The translations under genes and the position numbers were made by a program. Below the pieces are notes generated by a model that did not search any database, had not been told where the DNA came from, and saw only the letters and a program-made list of their open reading frames with translations. Positions 25,691-38,313 of a stretch of DNA of 64,000 nucleotides are shown one piece after another. Position 1 is the first letter of the stretch, and every line of letters begins with the position of its first letter. Source of the DNA: Balanoglossus misakiensis (taxonomy: Eukaryota; Animalia; Hemichordata); assembly GCA_040954595.2 (NCBI GenBank), contig CM082587.2, forward strand, positions 9,925,403-9,989,402, given 5' to 3'.

Positions 25691-28345
25691 TATTGTTCCT
25701 ACAGACGTATCGACAGCACCGACAACTATTACTGCAAGTACTATCATCCAGAACAGAATCGGGAGTATTTAGAGCATCTCGAAGTCTAATACTGAGACAA
25801 TTTTCAGAACTCCAAGAGAGATCTCGCCTGGCTAAGCAGTTTGTACGGGAGGGCATTCTCATGTGATACACAAACAAAACACGGCACAAAAGTTACATTT
25901 TTTGTTAAACTCAGTACCTATTCTAATTTCATACAAAGCTTGACTTGTAAACAGAGAAACTTTACTGGATAGGAAACTCCAAATCTCACTAATTTCGGCA
26001 AACTAGTGCAAAAAGAGGATTAACATTTTTTTCAAGTTCAACAACTCAACTGAGCTGCCATCAATCCATGACAACACTCGCCAACTCACCCTTGTGTGTA
26101 TTTATTTATGTATGCAAGCATGTATGAATGTCTGCCTTTTTAACGTCTGCCTCACAAAGAATCAACACGGAAGTAACAGATTAAAAACAGAATATCGAAT
26201 CACACGATGGTGTCTTGTCTTATAAATGCTCTTTATTCTTAATCTTTGCATGAATATTTAAATCAAGCAATGATCTCTCCATATCAGTGTCCATATCACT
26301 CAATGAAATGTAATTTTTTTCTTTCAAAATTCAATATGCACAGTGGATTTAGAATAGAGAAAAATCTTTACTGAGCCTCAGATGTCAGTTGACCTATGAC
26401 TGACAGTGTGGGCATGTATGAGGGTCCATCACAAAAAGCAAAGAAAAGACTCTATCTTCATGAAGAACTGCTGTGTGCAGTAGTGTTTATATAAAATGAA
26501 AAGCGACAAGATCTGAGAGATATTTTTCCCCGCTACTATTAAAGTCCATGTAAGAGAGTTCACTTTATGAATATACTGTGACTGATTCCATATTCAACAG
26601 TTGTAGAGTCTCTGCTATGATGGGTGCCGTGTCAAGCTTGGTGTTAATTCCAACGATGAATGCTTTCTGCAGTAAATCATTTGCATACTCTGAAACAAAA
26701 AAAACACAAAAGATCAGATGATATTCGTTGACAAGATATCCACTTACACTCAAAATTGTAATTGTTGGCAACAAGACTAATGTTTCTACTGTTGGCTGCA
26801 CTGTTTTAACAATTATAAAGTTCAATGCAAAATCCATTTGACCAATAATCGATATGCATTTTTCATATGCCCTTCCAAGACGATGGGAAAATGAGGATAG
26901 TAAGTTACTGAGTAAAAATTCTATTGTATTGCGTATTGTCATTAAGTTGGGAGCAATGTTCGACAACCACATTTTATTGTTAGGTAATTTTACGTGCAAC
27001 ATGTATCATATGTAACAACTGCATAATGAATATTTTCATAAGTTAAACAGGAGATTCCAGATAAACATAAATATAATGAAAGACAAGCCAAAAGTAAGAG
27101 CTATTGGAGCTTTTAAATGTCTACATACCTTGGGTTTTTTGTCTGATATGTCTCATGATTAATGTATACGCTTTACTACTGCATTGACTGTAACCGTCAC
27201 TCATGAGCTGCATCAACTCAGTCTGTCATGAAAAAAAACACAGCAAATTTATATGATTATTGGCACACAAAATCATGATTCAATTGAATTTCACTTACAA
27301 TATTCTTAGTTTCTAAGGAAAACGATGAGAAACTTTGGTTGGTGCTTTTGTTGAATTCGGAAATCCCAAATGAAACTTATGCAGGTCTTCAAGCAATGCC
27401 AGAGTAATTCAAGCTTTGGAACTGAACCAAATGTTGGCTGTGAAAGTGACAAAACTTCAGAGTAAACTTACGGTGAAATAATGCAAGGTATCCACTTTCC
27501 GTTTGGAAATGTCATCCAATTCTTGAAGCCCTTCAAGTATCTCTGTGAAATACAGAAAACAAGAACTTTGTAAAACTGCAACAAATTTGATGTAGTTTCT
27601 GTCAAATGTTAATCTGGTTTTCAGATTCAGGATTCTGCCCAGACAATTCCAAGAGTACAGATTGCTGATTAATATATATGCTAATTTATATTCATACTCA
27701 ATAATATTCATATCTGTTGCAAGTCATACCATTCGTCAATGATCAAAATGAGACAATAGACTGGATTGAGTACATAATAGCACCTGTTGGCAGCCTTTGC
27801 AAAGTTTTTCACTTGAAAGCCCATGGCACGTCTGCTTGTCTGGCGTGGGCAAACCACCGAGGTTGAAACTCTGTAGAATTATCAGATTACATGTAGGGCG
27901 TCCTCTGGAAGACTATACGCATTCTGGCTATTCAGCTTGTCTCAAACACAGGATTCTTGCACATTTGGGCATAAATTCTGCGAACGCTTACATTTTGCAA
28001 TAGTGACAAGTGCATTAAATACTGCAAAAAATAAGGAATGAAAAATTTACCTTCAAGACTACTGCCCGAACCCAGTTTCATTTTGAGTGGTGTGACATCC
28101 GACTTGGACCAGTGGGCGGAGGTCGATGAGGAGACCATACCACTGAATGCACCAATGCTTGACCCCCTTGTGACCTGGGTTGCCATAGTGACATTGGCCT
28201 GAGAATCCTTGGCACTTCTGATGGGCAGTGCAACGCTGGCAACTAGGGCCTAGGGCCTTCAATATGGACAGGTCAGGGTAGTAGGTTAGGTTAGGTTAGG
28301 CAGGTACTGAACGCAGGCTTGTGAGCCTCTATATTCAGCTCCATA

Positions 28346-31300
28346 TCATTCCATTGTGGAGGTAGTTTTGTCCGATCTGGTTTGCATGATGTAGGGTTCG
28401 GAGTAGTTGTATTTCATTGGCTGTGTTGCCAGAAAAATGTCAAGACGATTTTTGAAGGTGTTCACAGAGTTTGCGGTGACAACTTGGGCTGGTAGATTGT
28501 TCCAGATTGCAGCTATCCTATTTGTGAAAAAATTTCTTCTAGTGTTCAGTTTGCAGTGTCCTATGTCAACTTTAAACGGATGACCTCTGGTGTGTTTGTG
28601 TGAACTGAGACTGAATAGTCCTTCCGATACACGGCAGTCATAAACGCCACTCAAGATTTTAAAAGTTTCAATGAGGTCGCCGCGTAGTCTTCGATATGAA
28701 AGTGATGGCAGATCAAGTAACTTGAGACGTTCTTCATAAGAAATATTTTTGAGTCCGGGCAGCAGTTTAGTTGCTCTGCGTTGAACGTTCTCAATACAGT
28801 CAATATCCTTTGCTTTTAATATGCGGATTCCACACACAACCGCCATATTCCAGAATAGGGCGAACTAAAGCTATAAATAGTAGCTTGAAAATGTCGTTAT
28901 TGAGATAGTTGAAAGTTCTCCTGATGAGTCCAACAATTTTATTGGCTTTGGTCACTTGGGTTTGGATGTGCTTCTCAAAATTTAAGTTACTGTCCACTAT
29001 GACGCCAATGTCTTTTTCATACTTAACAATTTCTAAAGTGGTATTTGTTCCATCTGGACGGCACATATTGTAAGAAGTAGTATTTGTTGACTTATTTTTG
29101 CTATGAATTGGTAAAACTTTGCACTTGTCAGGGTGAAATTTAAGCAGCCAATCATTGCTCCAATGGGAAAGACGAGATAAGTCACTCTGAATTTGTGATG
29201 AGTCAGCAGCTGTCTTGATCACGTTGTAGATTTTTGTGTCGTCAGCAAATAAATATACATTGGATGCTACACAATCAGGTAGATCGTTAATGAAAATAAC
29301 AAACAGGATGGGTCCGAGTACAGATCCTTGCGGGACACCACTAATAACATGGTGCCATGAGGAAAATTGGCCATTCACACAAACACGTTGACTGCGGTTT
29401 CTCAGGAACTCCTGAATCCAGTTGCAGGTTGTGGGGCTAATACCGTAATGGGTTAACTTGACAAGGAGACGTTTATGAGAAACCTTATCAAATGCCTTCA
29501 TAAAATCCATATACACAGCGTTTATTATACCACCATCGTCAAGAATACTGGTCCAGTGATCCAGGACTTTGAGAAGTTGTAATGTAGTTGATCTACCACT
29601 TATGAAACCAAACTGCTTGTTACTGAATAGATCATGTTTATCCATATGCGAGACGATTTTCTTTCGAACAAGTTTCTCCATTGTCTTACAAATGATGCTG
29701 GTCAAGCTGACAGGTCTGTAATTATACGGAGATTTCTTGTTTCCCTTCTTGAAGAGCGGTGATATTTGAGCTTCTTTCCATGCTTTCGGTACAACACCAG
29801 AAAAGAAGGATTTGTTGAAAATAATAGTAAGTGGTAAATCAATAATGTAAGCAACTGCATTCAAAATTTTGGGATGTACTCCATCAGGGCCAGGAGATTT
29901 TGTCACATCAAGATGCAGAAGGAATTTCCTTACTTCTAACTTTGTAAAAGGACTCTCACTGGAGATGATGTCTTCGTGGTTGCCGTTGAGAACTGGAAAA
30001 TTGTCAATGCTCTCGTCTTCAGAGGAGAAAACACTGCTGAAGAAGTTGGCTAGAAATTCTGCTTTCTCTTTATCACTACTTGCAGTGAGCAGCTGCCCAT
30101 TTTCAGTAACTTGAAGCTCTGAGATTCCTGATTTTATTTTCCTCTTTGAGTTGACGTAGTGCCAGAAGATTTTACAGTTAGTTTTGGTAGATTCCGCTAT
30201 ACTTTTCTCACGTGCTTTTCTGTCGTTCTTGACAATGCTCTTCAGTTTATTCCTGGCCTTGCAGTATTCACGGTATTTCACAGGGTCTCTAGATTCCATA
30301 TATCTTTTCCAAAGCCTATGTTTCCGTTTTATACATTTCACAGTTTTTGGGTCCAATGGCGGACGATCCTTATAGGCATTAAGTCGGTATGTCTTTACAG
30401 GAACATTCTTCTTCATAGTGGCATTCCACACTTCCATGAATAAATCATATGCTTCGTCAGTAGTTTTGTTCTGTAGTAAGTGCTCCCAGTCTATGGACAG
30501 ATCAGTTTTAATTCCCATTATATCAGCTTTTGAGTAGTTGTAACGCGTGGTAGATGCGGAGTTATTTATGGTATAACACTTGACATCAAAGCGCAGCACA
30601 CAGTGGTCGCTAGATCCCAGTGGACTGTCGTGTTCAATGGAAGTGATGCAATATTCATCGTTGACAATTAATAGGTCTAGAATGGATGGCTCCTGATTTA
30701 CTCTGGTCCTGGTTGGTTCAGTGATCATGTGCTGAACATAACAATCCCGCAAGCATTCGAGAAACAATTCACTATTTTTGCATTTTGCAGTCCAGGACGA
30801 CCAGTCAATGTCAGGGTAATTAAAGTCACCTGTGATGATTAAATGAGTGAAATTGGCACTATCATTGCAAATCGACTTCAGCATATCACAAAGATGGCTA
30901 TGATTGACTTCTGGGGATGAAGGGCTTCTGTAAACGCAGCCAATTAAAAGTTTATCAGCATCTTTTAAGGTGGCACTGCATGAAACCGTCGAGACTTTTT
31001 CAGAGGCCTATTTCTCATCAAAGAAAAAGTTAAAACCCCCATAAACCATATATATTCTGGAAGCTGAGATTTTGAACTTTTGTTTGAGTTGCAAATATTA
31101 TTGATCCCCGGAAATGGTGGCGATTTTGGGTGAAAAAAAACATTTTTTGATATTATGTCATGAAATTTAAAATAGGTAAAAAAGTTGACCATGCATCATG
31201 CATCTTAATATGTCATTCAAAACTAGAGTACACGTGCAAAAAAACGCTAATTTTGTTTTTTGCGTTATCTGCTTCCATTGAGGAGTAACAGCGTTTAAAA

Positions 31301-32067
31301 GTTAGATTTTCAGAAAATTTGATCAAATTCACGGTGAGTTGTATTGAATCAGAGTTTATTCCCGCCAGGGACACTTTATCGACAAACAAAACTAGCGTTT
31401 TGTTGGATGGGTCATACACAATTCCCTGTCAAAATTTGAGCAAATTCGGCCAACGCAGGGCGAAGCTATTTTAGTCCGAAGTTGTCAAGGGCAGCGAAAA
31501 TGCAAACTGAGAAAAACGGCTATTTGCATTGTTGACACCTATTTGTTAAGCTGTGAACTCATTCAGAAAAGTGCTATTTTCAGGTGATTATGCACCATTT
31601 CCGCCAAGACGTATTAGTCAGGTTGTGGGTCAGTATTAGGCCTACCGATTTATGTAAAAAAGTAAAATTTGGCTAAAATCACAACTTTTCATGCAATGCC
31701 ACCTTAAGTCAATTTTAATCCACACACATTCTTCAAAAGCAGAATGAAATTCAACAAGTTGAGCGTTCAGCTTCTTCTTGGCATAGATTAAGATTCCACG
31801 TTTTGCTTTGCTGGGAAAGTCATTTGGGAATAGCTCATAATTTTCAAAAGCAAGTTCAGATGGGTTGATTGTATAACGCAAGTTCTTGGGTAAGACTTCA
31901 CTGATGGCAATAATATCTGGTGCTGTTGCATCATTGTTGTTAATGTAGCGTTGTAAGAGTTCATCAAATTTATTAGGTAGACTGTCAGCATTAGTATAAA
32001 TAACATGTAAGTCCTGACCATTAAGACTATGTACACTCCGATTTACAGCGTTTTTTTCTTCGTTCAC
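28346..32067 (-). pseudogene. LINE ORF2 (AP endonuclease + reverse transcriptase), interrupted by a MITE and a frameshift near 28830
   Basis: Removing 30969-31703 plus one TTAA restores IKIDLKDADKLLIGCVYRSPS. The C-terminal ENVQRRATK..RRLRGDLI..TRGH..WNNLP is in a shifted frame. Confidence 0.93.
30969..31703. mobile_element. TTAA-specific MITE (Kolobok-like) inserted in the LINE endonuclease
   Basis: ttaa|ggtggcactgcatgaaa ... tttcatgcaatgccacc|ttaa. Excision restores the host reading frame. Confidence 0.92.
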
Positions 32068-33098
32068 AATTACTTTCCTTTGACTTTGATGATTTTTCTT
32101 TCCCAGGGTGGTCCCCTCACCAGGAAACGGAAGTCCCCCGATGATTTTTCATTCAGTTCTCTTGCCTCCGCCAGTAGTTTTTTGTTTGTTTCACGTTCTT
32201 CCTTTGTCATGTCATGGGTGACTGATATTTTTTTGAAAAGGCTACCAGAGGGAACCTCTCGTAGCTTGGGAAGACATTTCATGAAACGCTTTTTTGCAGA
32301 TACATCAGACATGCAGACTTTGATAGGTCTGGGCCTGCTAGAGACCAGTTCAGGTGAATTGCTGATTTTGCCAATAGTAGTTACACAGATCACTATGGAA
32401 ACAAGGAGTAAACAGTAATCAGTACAGTGTATGCAACGAAGGAAGAATTGTTCCACACTACATGTATTTCAATTATTACTAAAGCTCCGATAGCTGCCTT
32501 TTTTGCATTATTTTCAACAGTATCAGTGTTTTTGTTAAGGCGGTACCAAGGTAAATGTTACCAGGGTTCCCCAGTCATTTTACCGGGGTTCCCCTTGGTA
32601 TATCAATGCAGTCATAGTTTAAGCAGAAGCGTTACTAGTGTTCCCCGGCCTTAGCAAAAACACTGATACATATGTAGTCAATGCACATATTGCTAATTGG
32701 ATGGATTCTTATCTTTTCAACAATGCACATGAAATAGCAACTGTTGCGTGCATACTCACTGTAAAATGTTGGCATGTTTTTCCAGCAGTGTTGTTGCTTT
32801 ACTCTGGTCATAGCTGCTGTAACAGTGTAAAAATTCAATGAATTTGTTGACGACCAATGCCACGGTCTTCTGTCTACCATATTCCTGTGAAATGCAAAAA
32901 CAGGTCAGCAGAGTTGAGTCATTTTCAATAAAAATATTTCAGTTCAAACATGCCTTAAATATGTGTGTCTTTTCAAAATGTGCATACCATCTGTTATAAT
33001 TTGGACTACCTATCACTTTTGACAGTTGTGACAAGAAAAAGGCACATCTATGCTAAACGGTACAGTGAAACCTGTCATTATGGACACCTCTCTATTTA

Positions 33099-33280
33099 AG
33101 GTATACAGTCACCTCCAATTTATACGCCCATATATGGCTGAAATGGCGTATTTGGGCATTCTAAAGAACATATGGTGGCGCCCTTTTTTCCCGTGTGCCA
33201 CCCACTGAAAATCAGTGATTGGCTAGATCTCATTTTGCTATGGTAACTATAGCTAATTTTCAGTGGGTGACCGTATACCT
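33099..33280. mobile_element. TTAA MITE, copy 2 of the 12365 family
   Basis: aggtatacagtcacc ... ggtgaccgtatacct|ttaa; internal sequence matches 12365-12539. Confidence 0.85.
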
Positions 33281-33397
33281 TTAAGGACAGGTTTCTGTAG
33301 TCAGGCGGAGTAATACACTGTTGGATAGTTGTAGTGCGACACTTGTCGCACTAATACATTGTTCTTGCCCAGTGCGCTTACGCTGGACAGAAACATA

Positions 33398-34333
33398 ATG
33401 ACCGAGGGGTCGGGGATGAGTCAAATTTTGACGGCTTTAGATGGAATTAGAGAGCGACTAGACGACATCGAGAAAGACAATGATCAGGTGCGTCAACAAA
33501 TCAACCGGATAGAAGAAAAGGTTCAGTTCCAAGATCAAACTCGTCGACACCAAAGTTTTGGCGCCATAGGTGGTGATACCCGCCATGTTGCATCAAGTTA
33601 TACGTACCAACGTGCATCCAGCACTGTGACCTCAGATCAACCGGATCAGACAAGTCAGCTACCTTCAGCCCAGACAGAAACTCCGCAAGGGAACTCCAGC
33701 CCCGTAGCTACAAACTACGCCTCTGGAGATGTGCAGGGAGATTTCAACACCCTGAAAGACTCTTTAACGAAAATCCGTCTACCCCCAGAATTGAAGTTAG
33801 CGGACAGTAAACGTGGTATCAAGCGTGACGATCAACCAACTTACAATATTGTAAGTAAATCGGCAAGATATTTAGAGACATCATTCAGACTTCTGAGTAC
33901 AGTTACCACTCAGACTATTAGAGAGGAAGATCTGCAAGATTTATTTACGATCCAGCTAGCCCATCTTAAATACTTGCAAGACGAATACGCAGCTTTAGTG
34001 GTGCAGGGACAGTACAATAGAAATACATCCCGCATTTTCAGATCTCTTCAAAGTCATACTTCCGGCCTATCTCCCGAGGCCTTGGCAAGTTTACGTACCG
34101 CTACACAGCTCGCAGCAGTGGGTACAACGCCCAGAGACCAACAGCAACCCAGCCAAGGTTATCGCCGAGATAGTCGGGGAAATCGCTCACAACGGCGATA
34201 TAATAACAACAGTGATGTGTATATCAACAGTTCGCTAATCGAGCAGTCCCTACACAGCGCCCTCAAGAGCGTCAGCAAGGAAATTCCCAACAGGGCAGCC
34301 AAGGAAATGGTGGATCCTATGGCGATTAGTTGA
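33398..34333 (+). CDS. DIRS ORF1 gag-like protein (probable frameshift near 34220)
   Basis: Long ORF directly upstream of the RT, with an N-terminal coiled coil and a Q/R-rich tail. Confidence 0.75.
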   Translation: MTEGSGMSQILTALDGIRERLDDIEKDNDQVRQQINRIEEKVQFQDQTRRHQSFGAIGGDTRHVASSYTYQRASSTVTSDQPDQTSQLPSAQTETPQGNSSPVATNYASGDVQGDFNTLKDSLTKIRLPPELKLADSKRGIKRDDQPTYNIVSKSARYLETSFRLLSTVTTQTIREEDLQDLFTIQLAHLKYLQDEYAALVVQGQYNRNTSRIFRSLQSHTSGLSPEALASLRTATQLAAVGTTPRDQQQPSQGYRRDSRGNRSQRRYNNNSDVYINSSLIEQSLHSALKSVSKEIPNRAAKEMVDPMAIS

Positions 34334-34391
34334 ACGCGAACAATCTCACCAAGTAACTTTATTCAATGATTAACATTTTGCGTTTCTTATT

Positions 34392-36284
34392 ATGTGCTGT
34401 TTCAGTAAATTTAAAGCAGCAAATATTTCCAACTTTAGTGGCGCTTGGAAAGATATTGGCACCTCAGCAGTGATAACAGACTGGATAGTCGAAGGGGTAA
34501 GGTTACCCCTTATTACTGAGCCACCAGTTTTCGAACTGAACAATCGTAATCTTTCTCATGCCCAAGAGACATTCGTTTCAGATGAGATAAGTGATTTATT
34601 GAGATCAGGTGCTATTGAACAGTCTATGGTTAAACCCAAGTGTGTATCTCCCATAGGGTGTGTACCCAAGAAAGGAGGAAAGTTGCGTTTGATTGTTGAT
34701 TTACACAAGTTGAACTCTTATTGCAACCCAGCAAAGTTTCAGTATGAAGACATTAACACAGTTATAAAGATTACTCAACCGAATGATCATTTGATAACTT
34801 TAGACATTAAGAATGGTTTTCACCATATTCCAGTGCACCGTGAACATCAGTCATTTCTAGGGTTTTACTGGAAAGGACTTTATTATACATGGAAAGTGTT
34901 ACCTTTTGGACTCAGTGCCAGTCCCTATTTCTTTTACAAGACATTGCGCCCAATTGTACAAAACCTCCGAGACAATGGTGTGAGGTTAGTCATATATGTT
35001 GATGATATTTTGGTGATGGCACAGCAACAATGCATCAATACACACAAAGAAAGGGTGATACAGACACTAACCGCATTGGGCTGGGTAATAAACTGGGACA
35101 AGTCTTCATTGGTTCCCAGTCAGACAAAAGACTTTATCGGGTACAAAATATGTTCAGTAGGCCCAGATGGGTATCCAATGATAAAAATCCCATCGGACAG
35201 AGTACAAAAGCTGAAACACGACATCAGGAGAGCACTCAACAAGGGTACTGTTACAGCCAGAGTGTTGGCCAGAATAGCCGGACTATATGTGGCAATGACA
35301 AAGGCCATTCTACCCGGAAAACTTCTGCTTCGGAACCTTTATCGACAGCTTGCACGACGACCGTCATGGGAAGATATGATGACAATAGACGAATCAACCA
35401 CTCTCAATTTAGAGTGGTGGCTGAATGCCCTCAACTCCTGGAATGGCCGGGCTATACATACCAAACCTGTAGAGGCACAGGTAGAAACAGATGCCTCACA
35501 GACAGGCTGGGGAGCAGCCTGCAAGGATCAGGAAGCATCAGGACTTTGGAATCGTCGCATGAGTCTGATGCCGTCGAACTACAGAGAACTGATGGCCATT
35601 CTTCTGGCTCTGAAGTCATTTGGGACAATATTACTAGGAAAGACAGTGCAAGTGCTGACAGACAATATTACAGCGACCGCCTATGTGAATTACTTAGGAG
35701 GACCAAGTCCCCAACTTACTCAACTAGCAACAGCAGTGTGGCTAGAAGCATTTGAGTTAGACATAACCCTGACAGCAAAGTATCTAGCTGGAATAGACAA
35801 TCAGCATGCAGACAGGTTGTCTCGAATATACTCAAAATACGAATGGCAACTACACCCAGGCCAGTTTCAATATATCGACCGCATATGGGGTCCCCATACT
35901 ATAGACCGGTTCGCAAGTATGCACAACAGTCAGTTGGAAATTTACAACAGTCAGTTCTTCGACCCAATGTCCAGTGGGATAGACGCTCTAAGTCAACAGG
36001 ACTGGAACCAACACAACAACTTGGTCAATGCGCCGTTTCACCTAATACCAAGAGTACTAGATGTAGTGAAATGGCAGCGTGCACAGGCAACTGTGATCGC
36101 ACCATATTGGCCAGCTCAGGCATGGTTTCAACAGTTACAGCAGATGTCAGTAGCCCCAGCGATGCCTTTACCGAATTCCCCACGGACAATATGGGCACAG
36201 GGACCAAGACCAGAACCACTGCGGAATCGTCGCTGGTGTTTGTATGCTTGGAGAATAGCTGGAAATCAAGATTACAGTCAGTAG
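34392..36284 (+). CDS. DIRS pol: reverse transcriptase + RNase H + Dam-like adenine methyltransferase domain
   Basis: RT motifs LDIKNGFHHI, LPFGLSASP and YVDDIL. RNase H motifs TDASQTGWGA, NYRELMA, TDN and NQHADRLSR. MT motifs IDRFAS, GIDAL, NAPF and APYWPAQAWF. Confidence 0.93.
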   Translation: MCCFSKFKAANISNFSGAWKDIGTSAVITDWIVEGVRLPLITEPPVFELNNRNLSHAQETFVSDEISDLLRSGAIEQSMVKPKCVSPIGCVPKKGGKLRLIVDLHKLNSYCNPAKFQYEDINTVIKITQPNDHLITLDIKNGFHHIPVHREHQSFLGFYWKGLYYTWKVLPFGLSASPYFFYKTLRPIVQNLRDNGVRLVIYVDDILVMAQQQCINTHKERVIQTLTALGWVINWDKSSLVPSQTKDFIGYKICSVGPDGYPMIKIPSDRVQKLKHDIRRALNKGTVTARVLARIAGLYVAMTKAILPGKLLLRNLYRQLARRPSWEDMMTIDESTTLNLEWWLNALNSWNGRAIHTKPVEAQVETDASQTGWGAACKDQEASGLWNRRMSLMPSNYRELMAILLALKSFGTILLGKTVQVLTDNITATAYVNYLGGPSPQLTQLATAVWLEAFELDITLTAKYLAGIDNQHADRLSRIYSKYEWQLHPGQFQYIDRIWGPHTIDRFASMHNSQLEIYNSQFFDPMSSGIDALSQQDWNQHNNLVNAPFHLIPRVLDVVKWQRAQATVIAPYWPAQAWFQQLQQMSVAPAMPLPNSPRTIWAQGPRPEPLRNRRWCLYAWRIAGNQDYSQ

Positions 36285-38313
36285 GATGGTCAGAGAGGGC
36301 CGCAACCCAAATTCAGTTTGCTTGGGCGCCTTCAACACTTTCTTTGTACAACAATCTATTGCGAAAATTGCTCAATTTTTGTTTAGACAATGGTGTACCT
36401 TTTCCACCTCAGTCTACTGCAGTTTTAGCTGAGTTTTTGTGTTACATTGCTGATTCCTCTAATAAGCCGCGCTCTCAACTTAAATGTGCTATGGCGGCAA
36501 TATCATGTCTTAGTGATGCGTTAGGTCACTCAAAGTTGACTAGTGACCCAGAATTACATTGTCTTGTTTCTAGCCTTGTGAAATCAAGTACAACAGAACC
36601 TATGAAACACTCAAAGGTTATCAGTCCCTGTTCACTCCATAAATGGAGACGTGTTCTGCGCAAACGCAGTACCTTTAACCTCGTGAACTGAGATGTGCAC
36701 ATGCGTACAACATTCCCTGTACACTCCATAAATGGAGACGTGTTAAATTTCCGACCCACACATGTACGGCAACAGAAAGCAAAGTGAGCGTAATTCAATA
36801 AAACGACCTATACAAGCCTGAACTCTGATTATTTCTGGTCCCAAAACTCCTTTCGTGAAAAACTCACTGGACTGTTTACGTATTTCAGCGAGTACTACCC
36901 GCTGGAAGTGACTGGGATTATGCTGATGAGACCTCGCACACTAGTAGTGAGTGTGAGGGTCAAAGTCCGCTGCCAGAGTTGTGGCGCAAATTAAACTTCT
37001 GGGAAGCAATCATTTGATCGTTTCTTTCGACATATAACATTATTATTCTTTTATTAACAAAACACAACGATATTTTACAACCCGCAATCGGCAACCCGCG
37101 GCCCGCAACCCGCATTTTAACGCTTCCCCACATGTACATGTATCACTGTTCACATGTACATACACCCTATCCGCGTTCTGAACATGACATGGTATTTTCA
37201 AAATGTTACCCCAAATTACCCCATCATGTGAGAGCCATGAAACTCACACCCATTGTCCAGCAGTAGTTAGTTGACTATCCTATTCACTCAAAACAAAAAG
37301 AACGGGTGTGAAAAAGTCACTAGGACAGCATTGATACAGAGGTGTATAACACTGTCGATGATTTCAAGAGAAAAACATGGACGCAGCCCAGTCAGATCGG
37401 TCACTGTATGTGGCGATATCTTTCTAAGTATTTCACTCATCTTGTACAGACGATGCCATGCTGTCTTCTGGAATGTGCTAGTAACGTCACACATCGAAAT
37501 TTCCCGAAGTTGCCGCTCCATAAGGTCTAAAATCACTGAAGTCTACGTGTAAACAAATCAGCGAGTGATACTCACTTGCGAACTTCGCGGGATATGCAAA
37601 TTTATTTCTGAGCATGTGCAGTACAATTTAACACGTCTCCATTCATGGAGTGAACAGGGACTGGTTATGCCCATTGCCTCATTTAGGGGTTTATTCATGG
37701 GCTGGCCAGACAATCACGAACTGTCAATCAAAGACCTGCGTTTGAAGGCAATAACTTTACTTGCTCTGACATTAATGCTGCGTCCATCAGACATTGCACC
37801 TAAGAGTGTATATTTTGATGCAGCATCCAATACTTCAAAACCAATGGTATTTTCTACAGATAATCTCATTTTTGCTAAAGATGGCAAATTAACAGTTACA
37901 TATCAAAAATGACACTTCTAGAAGTGGTTTTGAGGTCACTATTCCCAGTAGCGTAGAGCGAAAACTTGACCCAGTGCATACACTGCACAGCTACATTGAA
38001 AGAACACAAGGGTATAGACCTGTGGTTGATAAACCGGTGTTTTTATCACTTAACCCCCCCATTTAAAGCTATTACAGCACCCACTGTTTCCAAAATCATG
38101 GAGGAGGCTATAAAATTAGCTGGTCTCGGTGGGGGTGGCTACACAGCAAAGGATTTCAGGCCAACGGGAGCCACAGTAGCTATTGATACGGCTTGTGATC
38201 CTGACATTGTCATGAAGATAGGCCGCTGGAAGACAAGGTCTGTTTTCATGGAGCATTACGTACATTCTAGAGCTAAGGACTCTTATACACAGGACATTTT
38301 AAAGCACGAGTAA
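36238..38313 (+). pseudogene. DIRS tyrosine recombinase, split by a 1-kb insertion and frameshifts near 37900-37970
   Basis: N-terminal WAPSTLSLY. After removing the insert the frame reads SKVMPIAS..LMLRPSDI, then DFRPTGAT..IGRWKT..HYVH. Confidence 0.88.
36622..37663. mobile_element. Non-autonomous DNA transposon with a ~34-bp TIR and 5-bp TSD
   Basis: gttat|cagtccctgttcactccataaatggagacgtgtt ... aacacgtctccattcatggagtgaacagggactg|gttat. Confidence 0.92.

Larger units (their letters stand above)
28285..32374 (-). mobile_element. CR1-type non-LTR retrotransposon, 5'-truncated
   Basis: ORF1 C-terminus (RPRPIKV..ISVTHDMTKEER..VRGPPW), then APE endonuclease (YTNADSL, SE, VYRSP, GDFN, SDH) and RT (YRPVSLTS, GVPQGSVLGP, FADD). 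(CCTAA)n 3' tail. TSD tagtag at 28279-28284 and 32375-32380. Confidence 0.95.

Noticed and set aside
28283-28300. (TTAGG)n as an interstitial telomere
   Set aside because: Only about 3-4 units, sitting exactly at the LINE 3' tail next to the TSD.
35030-35755. 241-aa ORF overlapping the DIRS pol
   Set aside because: An alternative-frame ORF typical of the DIRS RT/YR overlap, with no independent motifs.
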